NCBI RefSeq assembly: GCF_026991495.1
Contig: NZ_JALXBJ010000035.1
Coordinates: 2,512-66,511, forward strand
Direction: 5' to 3'
Source of the DNA: Thermococcus sp.
GTDB lineage: Archaea; Methanobacteriota_B; Thermococci; Thermococcales; Thermococcaceae
Length of the DNA stretch: 64,000 nucleotides
Shown: piece by piece, positions 39,023-47,629 of the stretch
How the letters are laid out: each line of letters opens with the position of its first letter
Position numbering within the stretch: the stretch's first letter is position 1
Position numbers and translations under genes: made by a program
The notes under the pieces: model-generated
Databases searched by the model: none
Seen by the model: the letters and a program-made list of their open reading frames with translations, nothing else
What the model was told of the DNA's origin: nothing

Positions 39023-39534
39023 AACTCCACCCCCTCGATTTCGAGCAGGAAGGCCTTTTCATCGACTCCCGAGCTGTAGTAGCCGATGCCCCCCTTCGAG
39101 ACAACCCTGTGGCAGGGCACCACTATCGGGTAGGGATTCCTCCTCATCGCACCGCCCACGGCCCGCGGGGAGGTTCCGAGGGCCCTTGCAAGCGCACCAT
39201 ATGTTATGACGGAACCTCTTTTAACGTTTTTCGTGAGCCATTCGTAAACCCTCCTTTCGAAGGGCGTAAGACCTTCAAAGGAAAGCTCCCCGAGGAGCTC
39301 ACGGTTGTCAAGCCCTCCGATTAAGACGCGGTAGACCATCTCAGGGTACTCACTGGGCTCCACATCGAGGGAAACCTTCACTCCCCTCCTCCCGAGGAAA
39401 GCCGCAACCCGCTTGATCCTCCCTAAGAGGGTTCTTCTGTCGAAGGCAAAGGCGATCCCCTGAACCCTGCCCGCGGAGATGACACCTATCCAGAGAACCC
39501 TCCTCCCAACCTGAAACCTCTCGACGCCTAACAT
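39019..39534 (-). CDS. ogt: Methylated-DNA--protein-cysteine methyltransferase (MGMT)
   Basis: TYGALA..RAVGGAMRRNP..VPCHRVV active-site motif. Confidence 0.95.
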   Translation of the reverse strand: MLGVERFQVGRRVLWIGVISAGRVQGIAFAFDRRTLLGRIKRVAAFLGRRGVKVSLDVEPSEYPEMVYRVLIGGLDNRELLGELSFEGLTPFERRVYEWLTKNVKRGSVITYGALARALGTSPRAVGGAMRRNPYPIVVPCHRVVSKGGIGYYSSGVDEKAFLLEIEGVEL

Positions 39535-39615
39535 CACCATCCCCCTTGAGCCCGCTCCCGGCATCGGTGACGTGAAAGGATTTAAGGGGAAGTGTTAAAG
39601 GGTTTCCGGTGGGAG

Positions 39616-40170
39616 ATGGGCAGGAGATTAGAGCTGATTCCGCTCGCCGTTGCACTGCTGCTAACGGTCTACCTGACGGCAGGACTTCCGAGCGACAGCC
39701 TACCCCCTGTACTGCTCTACTGCCTGCTCGCTCTGGCGGCGCTTAAAGAGAGGGCGCTTCCCTACGGGGCGGCAGCGGTGGCAAGCGGTTTGCTGTTTGA
39801 GTGGCTCTCGAGCGGCGGCTACCTCGCGATCGCGGGGATTGGAGCGGCGGTCTCAGCGGTGCCCTTCAGGATGGAGAAGCAGCCGGTGAAGATGTGGGAG
39901 AGGCTCTTAAACGCCGCAGTGGCTGGAACCCTGACCTATGCGTCCCTGATGTTGGCCAAAACAGGGTTCAAAATCGCGGGGGTCATCGCGGCCCTCTCCA
40001 CGCTCTCCGGCAACAGGGGCATCTCAAGCGGTGGGATCTTAGCGGGTTCAGCGGTTCTCTTAGCCATTCCGGCGGCCAATTTGAACGGTATGAACCCCGA
40101 CGTATTCTTCACCGCATCGGCCCTGCTGATGCTCTACTCCCTCCACCACCTTAGGAAGTTGCTGAGGTGA
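39616..40170 (+). CDS. Hypothetical integral membrane protein
   Basis: Highly hydrophobic ORF at the head of the panE operon. Confidence 0.65.
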   Translation: MGRRLELIPLAVALLLTVYLTAGLPSDSLPPVLLYCLLALAALKERALPYGAAAVASGLLFEWLSSGGYLAIAGIGAAVSAVPFRMEKQPVKMWERLLNAAVAGTLTYASLMLAKTGFKIAGVIAALSTLSGNRGISSGGILAGSAVLLAIPAANLNGMNPDVFFTASALLMLYSLHHLRKLLR

Positions 40171-40174
40171 TAGC

Positions 40175-41089
40175 GTGAAGGTCTACGTGCTCGGGGCCGG
40201 CTCGATAGGTTCCATCTTCGGTGCTCTTCTCGCCAGAGCGGGTCACGACGTGACTCTGATCGGCAGAGAAGAGCACGTAAAGGCCGTAAGGGAGAAAGGA
40301 CTTACGATAACCGGCGTTGAGGAGTTCACGGTCTACCCCAAGGCTGAGGTCTACGCCCCTGAGGAACCGCCCGATTTGCTCCTCCTCACAGTCAAGTCCT
40401 ACTCGACTAAGAGGGCTCTGGAATGCGCCAGGCACTGCATAGGCGAGAACACTTGGATACTCAGTTTACAGAACGGCCTTGGGAACGAGGAGCTTGCGCT
40501 TAAGATTACCGACAAGGTTATCGGCGGGATAACGACGAACGGGGCCATGCTCACCGAGTGGGGGAAGGTCAGGTGGACTGGGAAGGGGATAACGGTGATA
40601 GGGAAGTATCCGAAGGGGAAGCACAAGTTCGTTGAAAAAGTTGCCGATGCCTTCAGAAACGCCGGACTGGAGACAAAGCTTACCGAGAACTCCCTCGGAT
40701 GGAAGTGGGCAAAGGTCATAGTCAACTCCGTCATAAACGGTCTTGGAACAGTTTTAGAAGTTAAAAACGGCCTCCTCCGCGAAATCCCGGAGCTGGAGGG
40801 CATAGCTGTTGAGGTCGCTCGGGAGGGCTGTATCGTTGCCCAGCAACTTGGAGTGGAGTTTGAGGTTCATCCCCTTGAGCTCCTCTGGGATACCATAGAG
40901 AGAACCTGGGAGAACTACAACTCAACTCTCCAGGACATAATGCGCGGGAAAAAGAGTGAGGTTGACTACATAAACGGCAAGATAGTTGAATACGCTTCCT
41001 CGGTCGGTTTGGAGGCCCCGAGGAACGAGCTCCTCTGGGTTCTCGTAAAGGCGAAGGAAAAGCTAAATAGGGGTTCGGGCAATACCTGA
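40175..41089 (+). CDS. panE: Ketopantoate reductase
   Basis: [43 protein letters not shown]. Confidence 0.95.
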   Translation: MKVYVLGAGSIGSIFGALLARAGHDVTLIGREEHVKAVREKGLTITGVEEFTVYPKAEVYAPEEPPDLLLLTVKSYSTKRALECARHCIGENTWILSLQNGLGNEELALKITDKVIGGITTNGAMLTEWGKVRWTGKGITVIGKYPKGKHKFVEKVADAFRNAGLETKLTENSLGWKWAKVIVNSVINGLGTVLEVKNGLLREIPELEGIAVEVAREGCIVAQQLGVEFEVHPLELLWDTIERTWENYNSTLQDIMRGKKSEVDYINGKIVEYASSVGLEAPRNELLWVLVKAKEKLNRGSGNT

Positions 41090-41096
41090 GCGGGGG

Positions 41097-41750
41097 ATGA
41101 AGATGGCACTCTTTGGGGGAAAGGAGAGCGATGTCTTCGATGCGATTGAGGAGCACCTGAAGGTCGTTGAGGAGACGATAAAGGCCTTCAGGGAGCTCGT
41201 GGCGACGTACATAGACGGGAACTTGGAGGAGGCCAAGAAGTACGAGGAGCTCGTCGGAGACCTCGAAACAAAGGCGGACGGACTGAGAAGGAGCATAGAG
41301 ATGATGCTCTACGAGGGTGCCTTCCTGCCCGCGAACAGGGGAGACTACGCGAGGCTGAGCGAACTCATAGACCAGGTCGCAGACGCCGCCGAGAGCGCCG
41401 CCCACACGATAATCCTTGCAAAGCCCAAGATCCCGGCTGACATGGGGAAGGACGTGCTCACCCTCGTGGACTCCACGATGGAAACCTACAAAAAGCTGAG
41501 GAAGTCTGTGGAGGCCCTGAACACCGACGTTGACATGGCGATGAAGCTCGCCAAGGAGACGGAAGACGCGGAGGAACGGGCCGACGAGGTTGAGTACAGG
41601 CTCAAAAAGGCTGTTTTCGACAGCGAAGATGTCACCACATACGCGAAGTTGATCTGGAATCAGATCCTCACCAAGATCGGCGACATAGCCGACCGCGCGG
41701 AAGATGCCTCTGATCAGGTTCTCCTGATGTCAGTTAAGAGGAGGGGATGA
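41097..41750 (+). CDS. DUF47 / TIGR00153 PhoU-like protein
   Basis: LETKADGLRR, GAFLPANR.DY, EERADEVE, IGDIADRAED. Confidence 0.85.
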   Translation: MKMALFGGKESDVFDAIEEHLKVVEETIKAFRELVATYIDGNLEEAKKYEELVGDLETKADGLRRSIEMMLYEGAFLPANRGDYARLSELIDQVADAAESAAHTIILAKPKIPADMGKDVLTLVDSTMETYKKLRKSVEALNTDVDMAMKLAKETEDAEERADEVEYRLKKAVFDSEDVTTYAKLIWNQILTKIGDIADRAEDASDQVLLMSVKRRG

Positions 41751-42667
41751 AGATGAAGGTTCTCGTTGCCGCGCCACTCCATGAGAGGGCGATAGAGGTT
41801 TTGAAGAAAGCCGGCTTTGAGGTGGTTTACGAGGAGTACCCGGACGAGGAGACGCTGGTAGAGCTCGTAAAAGATGTGGACGCGATAATAGTGAGGAGCA
41901 AGCCGAAAGTGACAAGAAGGGTCATCGAGAGCGCACCGAAGCTGAAGGTCATAGCGAGAGCGGGAGTTGGACTCGACAACATAGACCTCGACGCCGCGAA
42001 GGAGAGGGGTATTAAAGTCGTCAACAGCCCGGCCGCATCGAACAGGAGCGTCGCTGAGCTCGCCACAGCCCTGATCTTCAACGTCGCCAGAAAGATAGCC
42101 TTCGCCGACAGGAAGATGAGGGAAGGCATCTGGGCCAAAAAGCAGTGCGTGGGAATCGAGCTCGAAGGAAAAACTCTTGGCATCGTCGGCTTTGGCAGGA
42201 TAGGCTACCAGATAGCAAAGATCGCTAAGGCCCTCGGGATGAAGGTTCTTCTCTACGACCCGTATCCAAACGAGGAGCGCGCAAAGGAGGTTGGCGGAAA
42301 GTTCGTCGACCTCGAGACCCTTCTTAGGGAGAGCGACGTCGTTACCCTGCATGTCCCACTCGTCGAGGCAACCTACCACATGATAAACGAGGAGAGGCTT
42401 AAGCTGATGAAGAAAACGGCGATACTCATCAACGCGGCGAGGGGAGCTGTTGTAGATACCAACGCCCTCGTCAAGGCTCTGCAAGAGGGCTGGATCGCTG
42501 GAGCCGGGCTGGACGTCTACGAGGAAGAACCCCTGCCAAAGAACCACCCGCTCACGAAGCTCGACAACGTTGTTCTGACGCCGCATATCGGAGCTTCCAC
42601 CGTCGAGGCCCAGATGAGGGCCGGCGTTCAGGTGGCGGAGCAGATAGTCGAGATCCTGAAGGGCTGA
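41747..42667 (+). CDS. serA: D-isomer-specific 2-hydroxyacid dehydrogenase (phosphoglycerate dehydrogenase-like)
   Basis: RAGVGLDNID, GFGRIG, INAARG, GLDVYEEEP, TPHIGAST. Confidence 0.85.
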   Translation: MKMKVLVAAPLHERAIEVLKKAGFEVVYEEYPDEETLVELVKDVDAIIVRSKPKVTRRVIESAPKLKVIARAGVGLDNIDLDAAKERGIKVVNSPAASNRSVAELATALIFNVARKIAFADRKMREGIWAKKQCVGIELEGKTLGIVGFGRIGYQIAKIAKALGMKVLLYDPYPNEERAKEVGGKFVDLETLLRESDVVTLHVPLVEATYHMINEERLKLMKKTAILINAARGAVVDTNALVKALQEGWIAGAGLDVYEEEPLPKNHPLTKLDNVVLTPHIGASTVEAQMRAGVQVAEQIVEILKG

Positions 42668-42696
42668 GCTTTCCTTTCCATTTTCCTCTCGGAAAC

Positions 42697-42751
42697 TTTT
42701 CCAGTATGGTGGTGAATTTTCCTGGGAAAATTTACCAGTATGCTGGTAAAC
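42697..42751. promoter_or_regulatory. Paired palindromic sites upstream of the ATPase
   Basis: Perfect TTTACCAG-TATG-CTGGTAAA (~42731-42750) and degenerate TTTTCCAG-TATG-GTGGTGAA upstream, next to the TATA-like tttatta. Confidence 0.55.
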
Positions 42752-42781
42752 TTTATTAAGAACTTCCTCCCAGTTTAGAGC

Positions 42782-44056
42782 ATGAACGTTGAGGAACTCA
42801 AGAGGGTGTTGGCGGATCAGCATGAGGTTCTGAGCGAGAAACTCGAAAGGGAACGGATAGTGGAGAGGGAACTGAGGGAGAGAATAGTTAGGAACTTTAA
42901 GCCGACCGCCCACATAATAACGGGACCAAGGCGTTCCGGTAAGTCCGTTCTCTCGGCAACCCTCCCCGGTAAGGCCTTCTACGTGAACTTTGAGGATCCT
43001 GCGATGGCTGGCTTTTCAATCACCGACTACAAAAAGTTGCTCCAAGCCGGATACGAGCTTTTTGGGGAGTTCGACTACATCGTTCTTGATGAAGTCCAGG
43101 AAGTTGAGGGCTGGGAAAGGATTGTCTCGGCCCTTAGGGAAAGTTATCCGACGGTGGTGACGGGGAGCAACGCCCGCCTGCTCTCGCGTGAGTTCTCGAC
43201 GTATTTAACCGGCAGATACCTAAGCTATGCTCTCCTCCCCTTCTCCTTCCGGGAGTTCTTAGCGTATAAGAGGACAAAGCCAGAGGTGACCACTACCAAG
43301 GACGAGGCGAGGATAAAGAGGGCCCTGCTTGAGTACATCAGGCGCGGGGGCTTTCCCGAGGCCCTGCGCTTTGGCAGGGAGTATCTGGTGAACCTCTACA
43401 ACGACATCATCAACAGAGACGTTGTAGTCCGCTACGGCATCAGGAACGTCCGCGAGCTCAAGGAGGTTGCCTTCTACCTCTTCTCGAATTTTGCGGGGCG
43501 GATCACATACAGCAAGATTAAGAACGTCATCGGAATTGGGAACGTTGAGACCGTCAAGAACTACGTTGAGTACCTTGAGTCCGCATACCTCGTCTTCGAG
43601 CTCCCGAAGTTCTCGTTCAAACCAAAGGAAGTCCTGAGGGGAGATAGAAAGGTATACGCCGTTGATACCGGCATGGTGGACACAATCGTTCCAAAAACCT
43701 TCGAAAACATCGACAGGCTGATGGAAAACGCCGTTTTCCTTGAGCTCCTCAGGCTCAGGCACTACAGGAAGCCAAGCGTTGAAATTTATCACTACAGGGA
43801 CGGCAAAAGCGAGATAGATTTCGTTGTAAAGGAGGGGGAGAGGATAGGGCTTATTCAGGTTACCTACGCCTCCGGAAGGGACGAAATAGCTGAGAGAGAA
43901 GTTAAAGGGCTGTTCAGGGCTATGGAGCTCTTCCACCTGAGAAGCGGGACGCTGATAACATGGGGCTACTCGGGCAAAATTGAAGCCGGAGGAAAGAGTA
44001 TAGATGCGGTTCCGCTCTGGAAATGGCTGCTGAGAGCACTCTCGGGCATCAGTTAA
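42782..44056 (+). CDS. AAA+ ATP-binding protein (COG1373 / DUF4143 type) with C-terminal PD-(D/E)XK-like domain
   Basis: GPRRSGKS, LDEVQ, VTGSN, LTGRY, GGFPE, KVYAVDTG, ENAVF, EIDFVV..IQVT. Confidence 0.88.
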   Translation: MNVEELKRVLADQHEVLSEKLERERIVERELRERIVRNFKPTAHIITGPRRSGKSVLSATLPGKAFYVNFEDPAMAGFSITDYKKLLQAGYELFGEFDYIVLDEVQEVEGWERIVSALRESYPTVVTGSNARLLSREFSTYLTGRYLSYALLPFSFREFLAYKRTKPEVTTTKDEARIKRALLEYIRRGGFPEALRFGREYLVNLYNDIINRDVVVRYGIRNVRELKEVAFYLFSNFAGRITYSKIKNVIGIGNVETVKNYVEYLESAYLVFELPKFSFKPKEVLRGDRKVYAVDTGMVDTIVPKTFENIDRLMENAVFLELLRLRHYRKPSVEIYHYRDGKSEIDFVVKEGERIGLIQVTYASGRDEIAEREVKGLFRAMELFHLRSGTLITWGYSGKIEAGGKSIDAVPLWKWLLRALSGIS

Positions 44057-44176
44057 TTGCCATTTTTCCGTTAAAATCTCACTGTTTCCACCGGAAAATA
44101 AACTCAAATCTGTCCAACGATGAACACTCCCATACCAAAACTTTTTAAACCTCTCTCCCCTTCACTACTACCGGAT

Positions 44177-44254
44177 GGGCCGGTAGCTCAGCCTGGTACG
44201 AGCGCCGCCCTCGCAAGGCGGAGGCCGCGGGTTCAAATCCCGCCCGGTCCACCA
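44177..44254 (+). tRNA. tRNA-Ala (CGC)
   Basis: Cloverleaf; anticodon arm CCGCC-CT CGC AA-GGCGG; encoded CCA. Confidence 0.97.
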
Positions 44255-44355
44255 TCTTCTCGAACGCCTTTCAAAGCCTTTTAGAGCAACTCAACATGAG
44301 TAAAGGAAGGCGAAAATTTTTAAACTATCCTAATCATGCTCAAGTGGGGGGAGAC

Positions 44356-45366
44356 ATGAGGGGCCTGAAGGAATTCAACCCCGCCCTATTCTCAAGCGTC
44401 ATGGGGACGGGAGCCGTTGCCATAGCGACGTACAAGTACTCCTCCTACTGGTCTCCGCTGGGGGGAGTTGGGAGGGGGCTTACCTACCTCAACCTGGCCC
44501 TGTACATCCTCCTCCTCATCCCGTGGCTCCTCAGATGGCTTCTCAACAGGGATGAAGCGTTGAATGACCTAAGGCACCCATCAAAGGGGCATTTTTACGG
44601 GACGATAGGAGCGGCCACGGTGGTGCTCTCGGCCCAGCTTCTCCTCATCCTCGGGGATGAGAAGTTAGCGTGGTACTTCTGGCTCTGGGGCGCGGCCCTA
44701 ACAATTCTCTTCGCGTTCTGGATGTCCTACGAGGTCTACATAGCAGCGGAGGTCAATTTGAGGCACCTCTCACCCGCCTGGTACATTCCCCCGGTAGCCC
44801 TCATAATCCTCCCCTTCGGCGCCCCCTTTATGAACTCCACAAGTGGGTACACGAGGGAGCTGGTGACCGTGGTGAACTACATGGGGTGGGGTGCCGGCTT
44901 CTTCCTCTACTTAGCACTCTACGCCGTCGTAACGCTTCGCTTCATCAGGCATGAGCTCATGCCACCCCAGATGGCGCCCCTGATATGGATGAACTTGGGC
45001 CCCATCGGGGCTGGGGTAAGTGCCCTCTTCGCACTCTTAGAGGCGGTTAACCTGCCGTCGAAGGAGCCCCTTTTCGTCTTCGCCTTCTTCCTCTGGGGCC
45101 TCGGCTTCTGGTGGTTGATCATGGCGACCGCGATGACACTGCACTATCTAAGGAATCTCCACCTGCCTTACAGCGAATCATGGTGGGCCTTCATCTTCCC
45201 CCTCGGTGCCTTCACCAACGCGACGAGAGACATAGGGGCGGTGTTCAGCCTGAGGATCCTCAGCCACTTAGGATTCCTTCTCCTCTGGCCCCTCTTAGCT
45301 ATGTGGACGGTGGTCTTTCTGAAGTCCTTCGTCCTCTTGGCGAGGGCAATGAAGTCGGAAGATTAA
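44356..45366 (+). CDS. TDT (tellurite/dicarboxylate/sulfite, SLAC1-like) family transporter
   Basis: FSSVMGTG, SPAWYIPPV, WMNLGPIG, WWAFIFPLGAF; about ten TMs. Confidence 0.88.
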   Translation: MRGLKEFNPALFSSVMGTGAVAIATYKYSSYWSPLGGVGRGLTYLNLALYILLLIPWLLRWLLNRDEALNDLRHPSKGHFYGTIGAATVVLSAQLLLILGDEKLAWYFWLWGAALTILFAFWMSYEVYIAAEVNLRHLSPAWYIPPVALIILPFGAPFMNSTSGYTRELVTVVNYMGWGAGFFLYLALYAVVTLRFIRHELMPPQMAPLIWMNLGPIGAGVSALFALLEAVNLPSKEPLFVFAFFLWGLGFWWLIMATAMTLHYLRNLHLPYSESWWAFIFPLGAFTNATRDIGAVFSLRILSHLGFLLLWPLLAMWTVVFLKSFVLLARAMKSED

Positions 45367-45400
45367 TATTCACGATGGGGTTAGTGAAGCCGGTGGTTCC

Positions 45401-45814
45401 ATGGAGAGGCTTGAGTACGTAGCCGAACTGAAATGGGACGGCAACGTCGGGAGCACCGCGAGGGTTAGGGAGTTCACCTTCAAAATAGACACGAACACCG
45501 ATGGCCGCAACGCCGGCCCGAACCCGACTGAATACCTCCTCTCCGCCATAGGGGGCTGTTTGACCGTCAACTGGGGAAGGCTCATAAAGAAGATGCGCCT
45601 CAACGTCGAGGAGATGAACGTCGAAGTTAAGGGCTGGAGAAACCTCAGGGAGCCCCAGCTCCAGGAGATAACCTACCGCGTTAGGGTTGTGACGGACGAG
45701 CCCGAAAAGAAGATACTCCGCGTCAAGGAATTAGCCGAGAAGTACGGCACAGTCTTCAACACCGTCGGGAAGGAGAAGATAAAGGGGGAAGTCGAGATAG
45801 TCAGGCCTAAGTGA
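45401..45814 (+). CDS. OsmC-like protein (single Cys)
   Basis: GPNPTEYLLSAIGGC; the second family Cys position reads KYGTV. Confidence 0.8.
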   Translation: MERLEYVAELKWDGNVGSTARVREFTFKIDTNTDGRNAGPNPTEYLLSAIGGCLTVNWGRLIKKMRLNVEEMNVEVKGWRNLREPQLQEITYRVRVVTDEPEKKILRVKELAEKYGTVFNTVGKEKIKGEVEIVRPK

Positions 45815-46556
45815 ACCTCTTTTCCAGCACTCTTTTGTGGACGGCCACGCCGGCGAAGAAGAAAGCTATTCCGAAGAGAACCAGCATCCCGAGGTCAATC
45901 CACAGTGGAAGGTAGCCCCTCCCGAGCGAGTGCCTGAGCGCGTCGACGTAGTAGGTTAAAGGCGAGATGTAGGAGACGAGCCTTCCATAAGAGGGCAGTT
46001 TCTCAAGGGGAACGAAGATTCCGCTTATGAAGAGGAGCGAGAACTTTGCCAGGGAGGTGAGCATCATCACATCCGCCGGGACGTCGGTTGGCGGGTATGA
46101 TGAGAGAAGCACCGTCATAGCTGAGAAGGTTCCGACCGCGAGGAGCGTAGCCGTAATGAAGATCACCCACCCTAAGCCGAGCGAGAAGTAGAGCACCGCG
46201 GGAACCGCTATCGCGAAGGTTATCGCCAGTCCAAAGTAGAGCGAAGCCTGAAAGTCGCCGAGGAGAACGGTTGTGAGCGATACTGGAGCGGTTATGAGCC
46301 TCTCGAAGGTTCTTCCGCGGCACTCCCAGGGGATTATAGTGGGGCCGACGGCTGTCGAGGTGAAGAAGGCCGTCATTGCGGTTAGGCCGACGAAAAGCTG
46401 CTCATCCGGTAGGTTCCTGCCGATGAGGAAAGCCAAGAAGAGGAAAAAGGGAAAGAGAAGGCCCATTATAACCACAGGCCCCTTGAGGTAGAAGATGAGC
46501 ATGTCCTTCTTTGCTACCGCGAAGGAGCGCTTCAGCTGGTCAATCATTTCTACCAC
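45807..46556 (-). CDS. ABC-2 type exporter permease
   Basis: GRTFERLITAPVS, FISGIFVPLEKLP..SPLTYYVDALR. Confidence 0.9.
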   Translation of the reverse strand: MVEMIDQLKRSFAVAKKDMLIFYLKGPVVIMGLLFPFFLFLAFLIGRNLPDEQLFVGLTAMTAFFTSTAVGPTIIPWECRGRTFERLITAPVSLTTVLLGDFQASLYFGLAITFAIAVPAVLYFSLGLGWVIFITATLLAVGTFSAMTVLLSSYPPTDVPADVMMLTSLAKFSLLFISGIFVPLEKLPSYGRLVSYISPLTYYVDALRHSLGRGYLPLWIDLGMLVLFGIAFFFAGVAVHKRVLEKRFT

Positions 46557-47469
46557 CCACTAGCTCCATGAATACATCTTCCAGCGAGGGCGAGAGCGTT
46601 CTTAAGCTGACTATTCTCAGCTTCTCCCTCTCTGCGTAGCGGACGAGTTCCTTAACGGTTTTATCGGGATCCTTGGTGTAGATTTTCACCTTGTCGCCCA
46701 TGGGTTCAACTTTCAACGCCGAGGAGAGGACAGAAGGGTCAAACTTCATCGGCTCGAAGCTTACTTCAACCGAAACGCGTCCTTTAACGAGCTGCTTCAG
46801 CTTCTCGGGCGTGTCTATGGCTATCAGCTTGCCCCTCCTGATTATGCCAATCCTCTCGCACAGCTCGTTCGCGTCGTCCATGTTGTGGGTTGTGAGGAAG
46901 ATCGTCTTCCCGGCCCTCTTCTCCTCCCTGATAACGTCCTTTATGAGGCGGGCGCTTATGACATCGAGGCCGCTCGTCGGCTCGTCTAAGAAGTAGAGCT
47001 CTGGATCCGCTACCATCGCCATCGCGATTATTAAACGCTGCCTCATGCCCTTCGAGAAGCCCCTAACCTTAACGTTCCGCTTCTCGTAGAGGCCAAACTC
47101 CCTGAGGAGTTCAAGCGAGCGCTTCTCTATCTCAGCCTTAGACATGCCGTAAAGCTCGCCCATAAGCCTGAGGTTCTGCATCGCGGTTAAATCGACGTAA
47201 GGATTGGCCATCTCGGGGACTATGCCCGTCTTTTCCCTCGCCCTTATCTTCTCGCGCTCGTCGAGCATATTGCAACCGAGAACCCTTACCTCGCCTGAGT
47301 TCGGCCTCAAAAGCCCCGTAACCATCCTTATCGTCGTGGTCTTTCCCGCCCCGTTGGGCCCGAGGAAGCCAAAGACCTCACCGGACTTAACGGAGAAGCT
47401 CACGCCATCAACGGCCAAGAATGAGCCATAGTACTTTGTTAGGTTGACCGCCTCTATGGCCTTCTCCAT
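46540..47469 (-). CDS. ABC-2 type exporter ATP-binding protein
   Basis: GPNGAGKTT, FSKGMRQR, LDEPTSGLD, SLEDVFM. Confidence 0.93.
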   Translation of the reverse strand: MEKAIEAVNLTKYYGSFLAVDGVSFSVKSGEVFGFLGPNGAGKTTTIRMVTGLLRPNSGEVRVLGCNMLDEREKIRAREKTGIVPEMANPYVDLTAMQNLRLMGELYGMSKAEIEKRSLELLREFGLYEKRNVKVRGFSKGMRQRLIIAMAMVADPELYFLDEPTSGLDVISARLIKDVIREEKRAGKTIFLTTHNMDDANELCERIGIIRRGKLIAIDTPEKLKQLVKGRVSVEVSFEPMKFDPSVLSSALKVEPMGDKVKIYTKDPDKTVKELVRYAEREKLRIVSLRTLSPSLEDVFMELVGGRND

Positions 47470-47629
47470 CCCTCACACCGGAATGAAGATCTTTTCAGGA
47501 GTTAAAAAGGTTGAGGTGGCCCTGAGACCGGAAGTCCTTCGAGCCCGCACAAATACGCGGGATGTATTTCGCATAAAAGGCGTCTCAATTGAAATAAAGC
47601 TTATATACCCGGGGGGAAGGGGACTTTAG

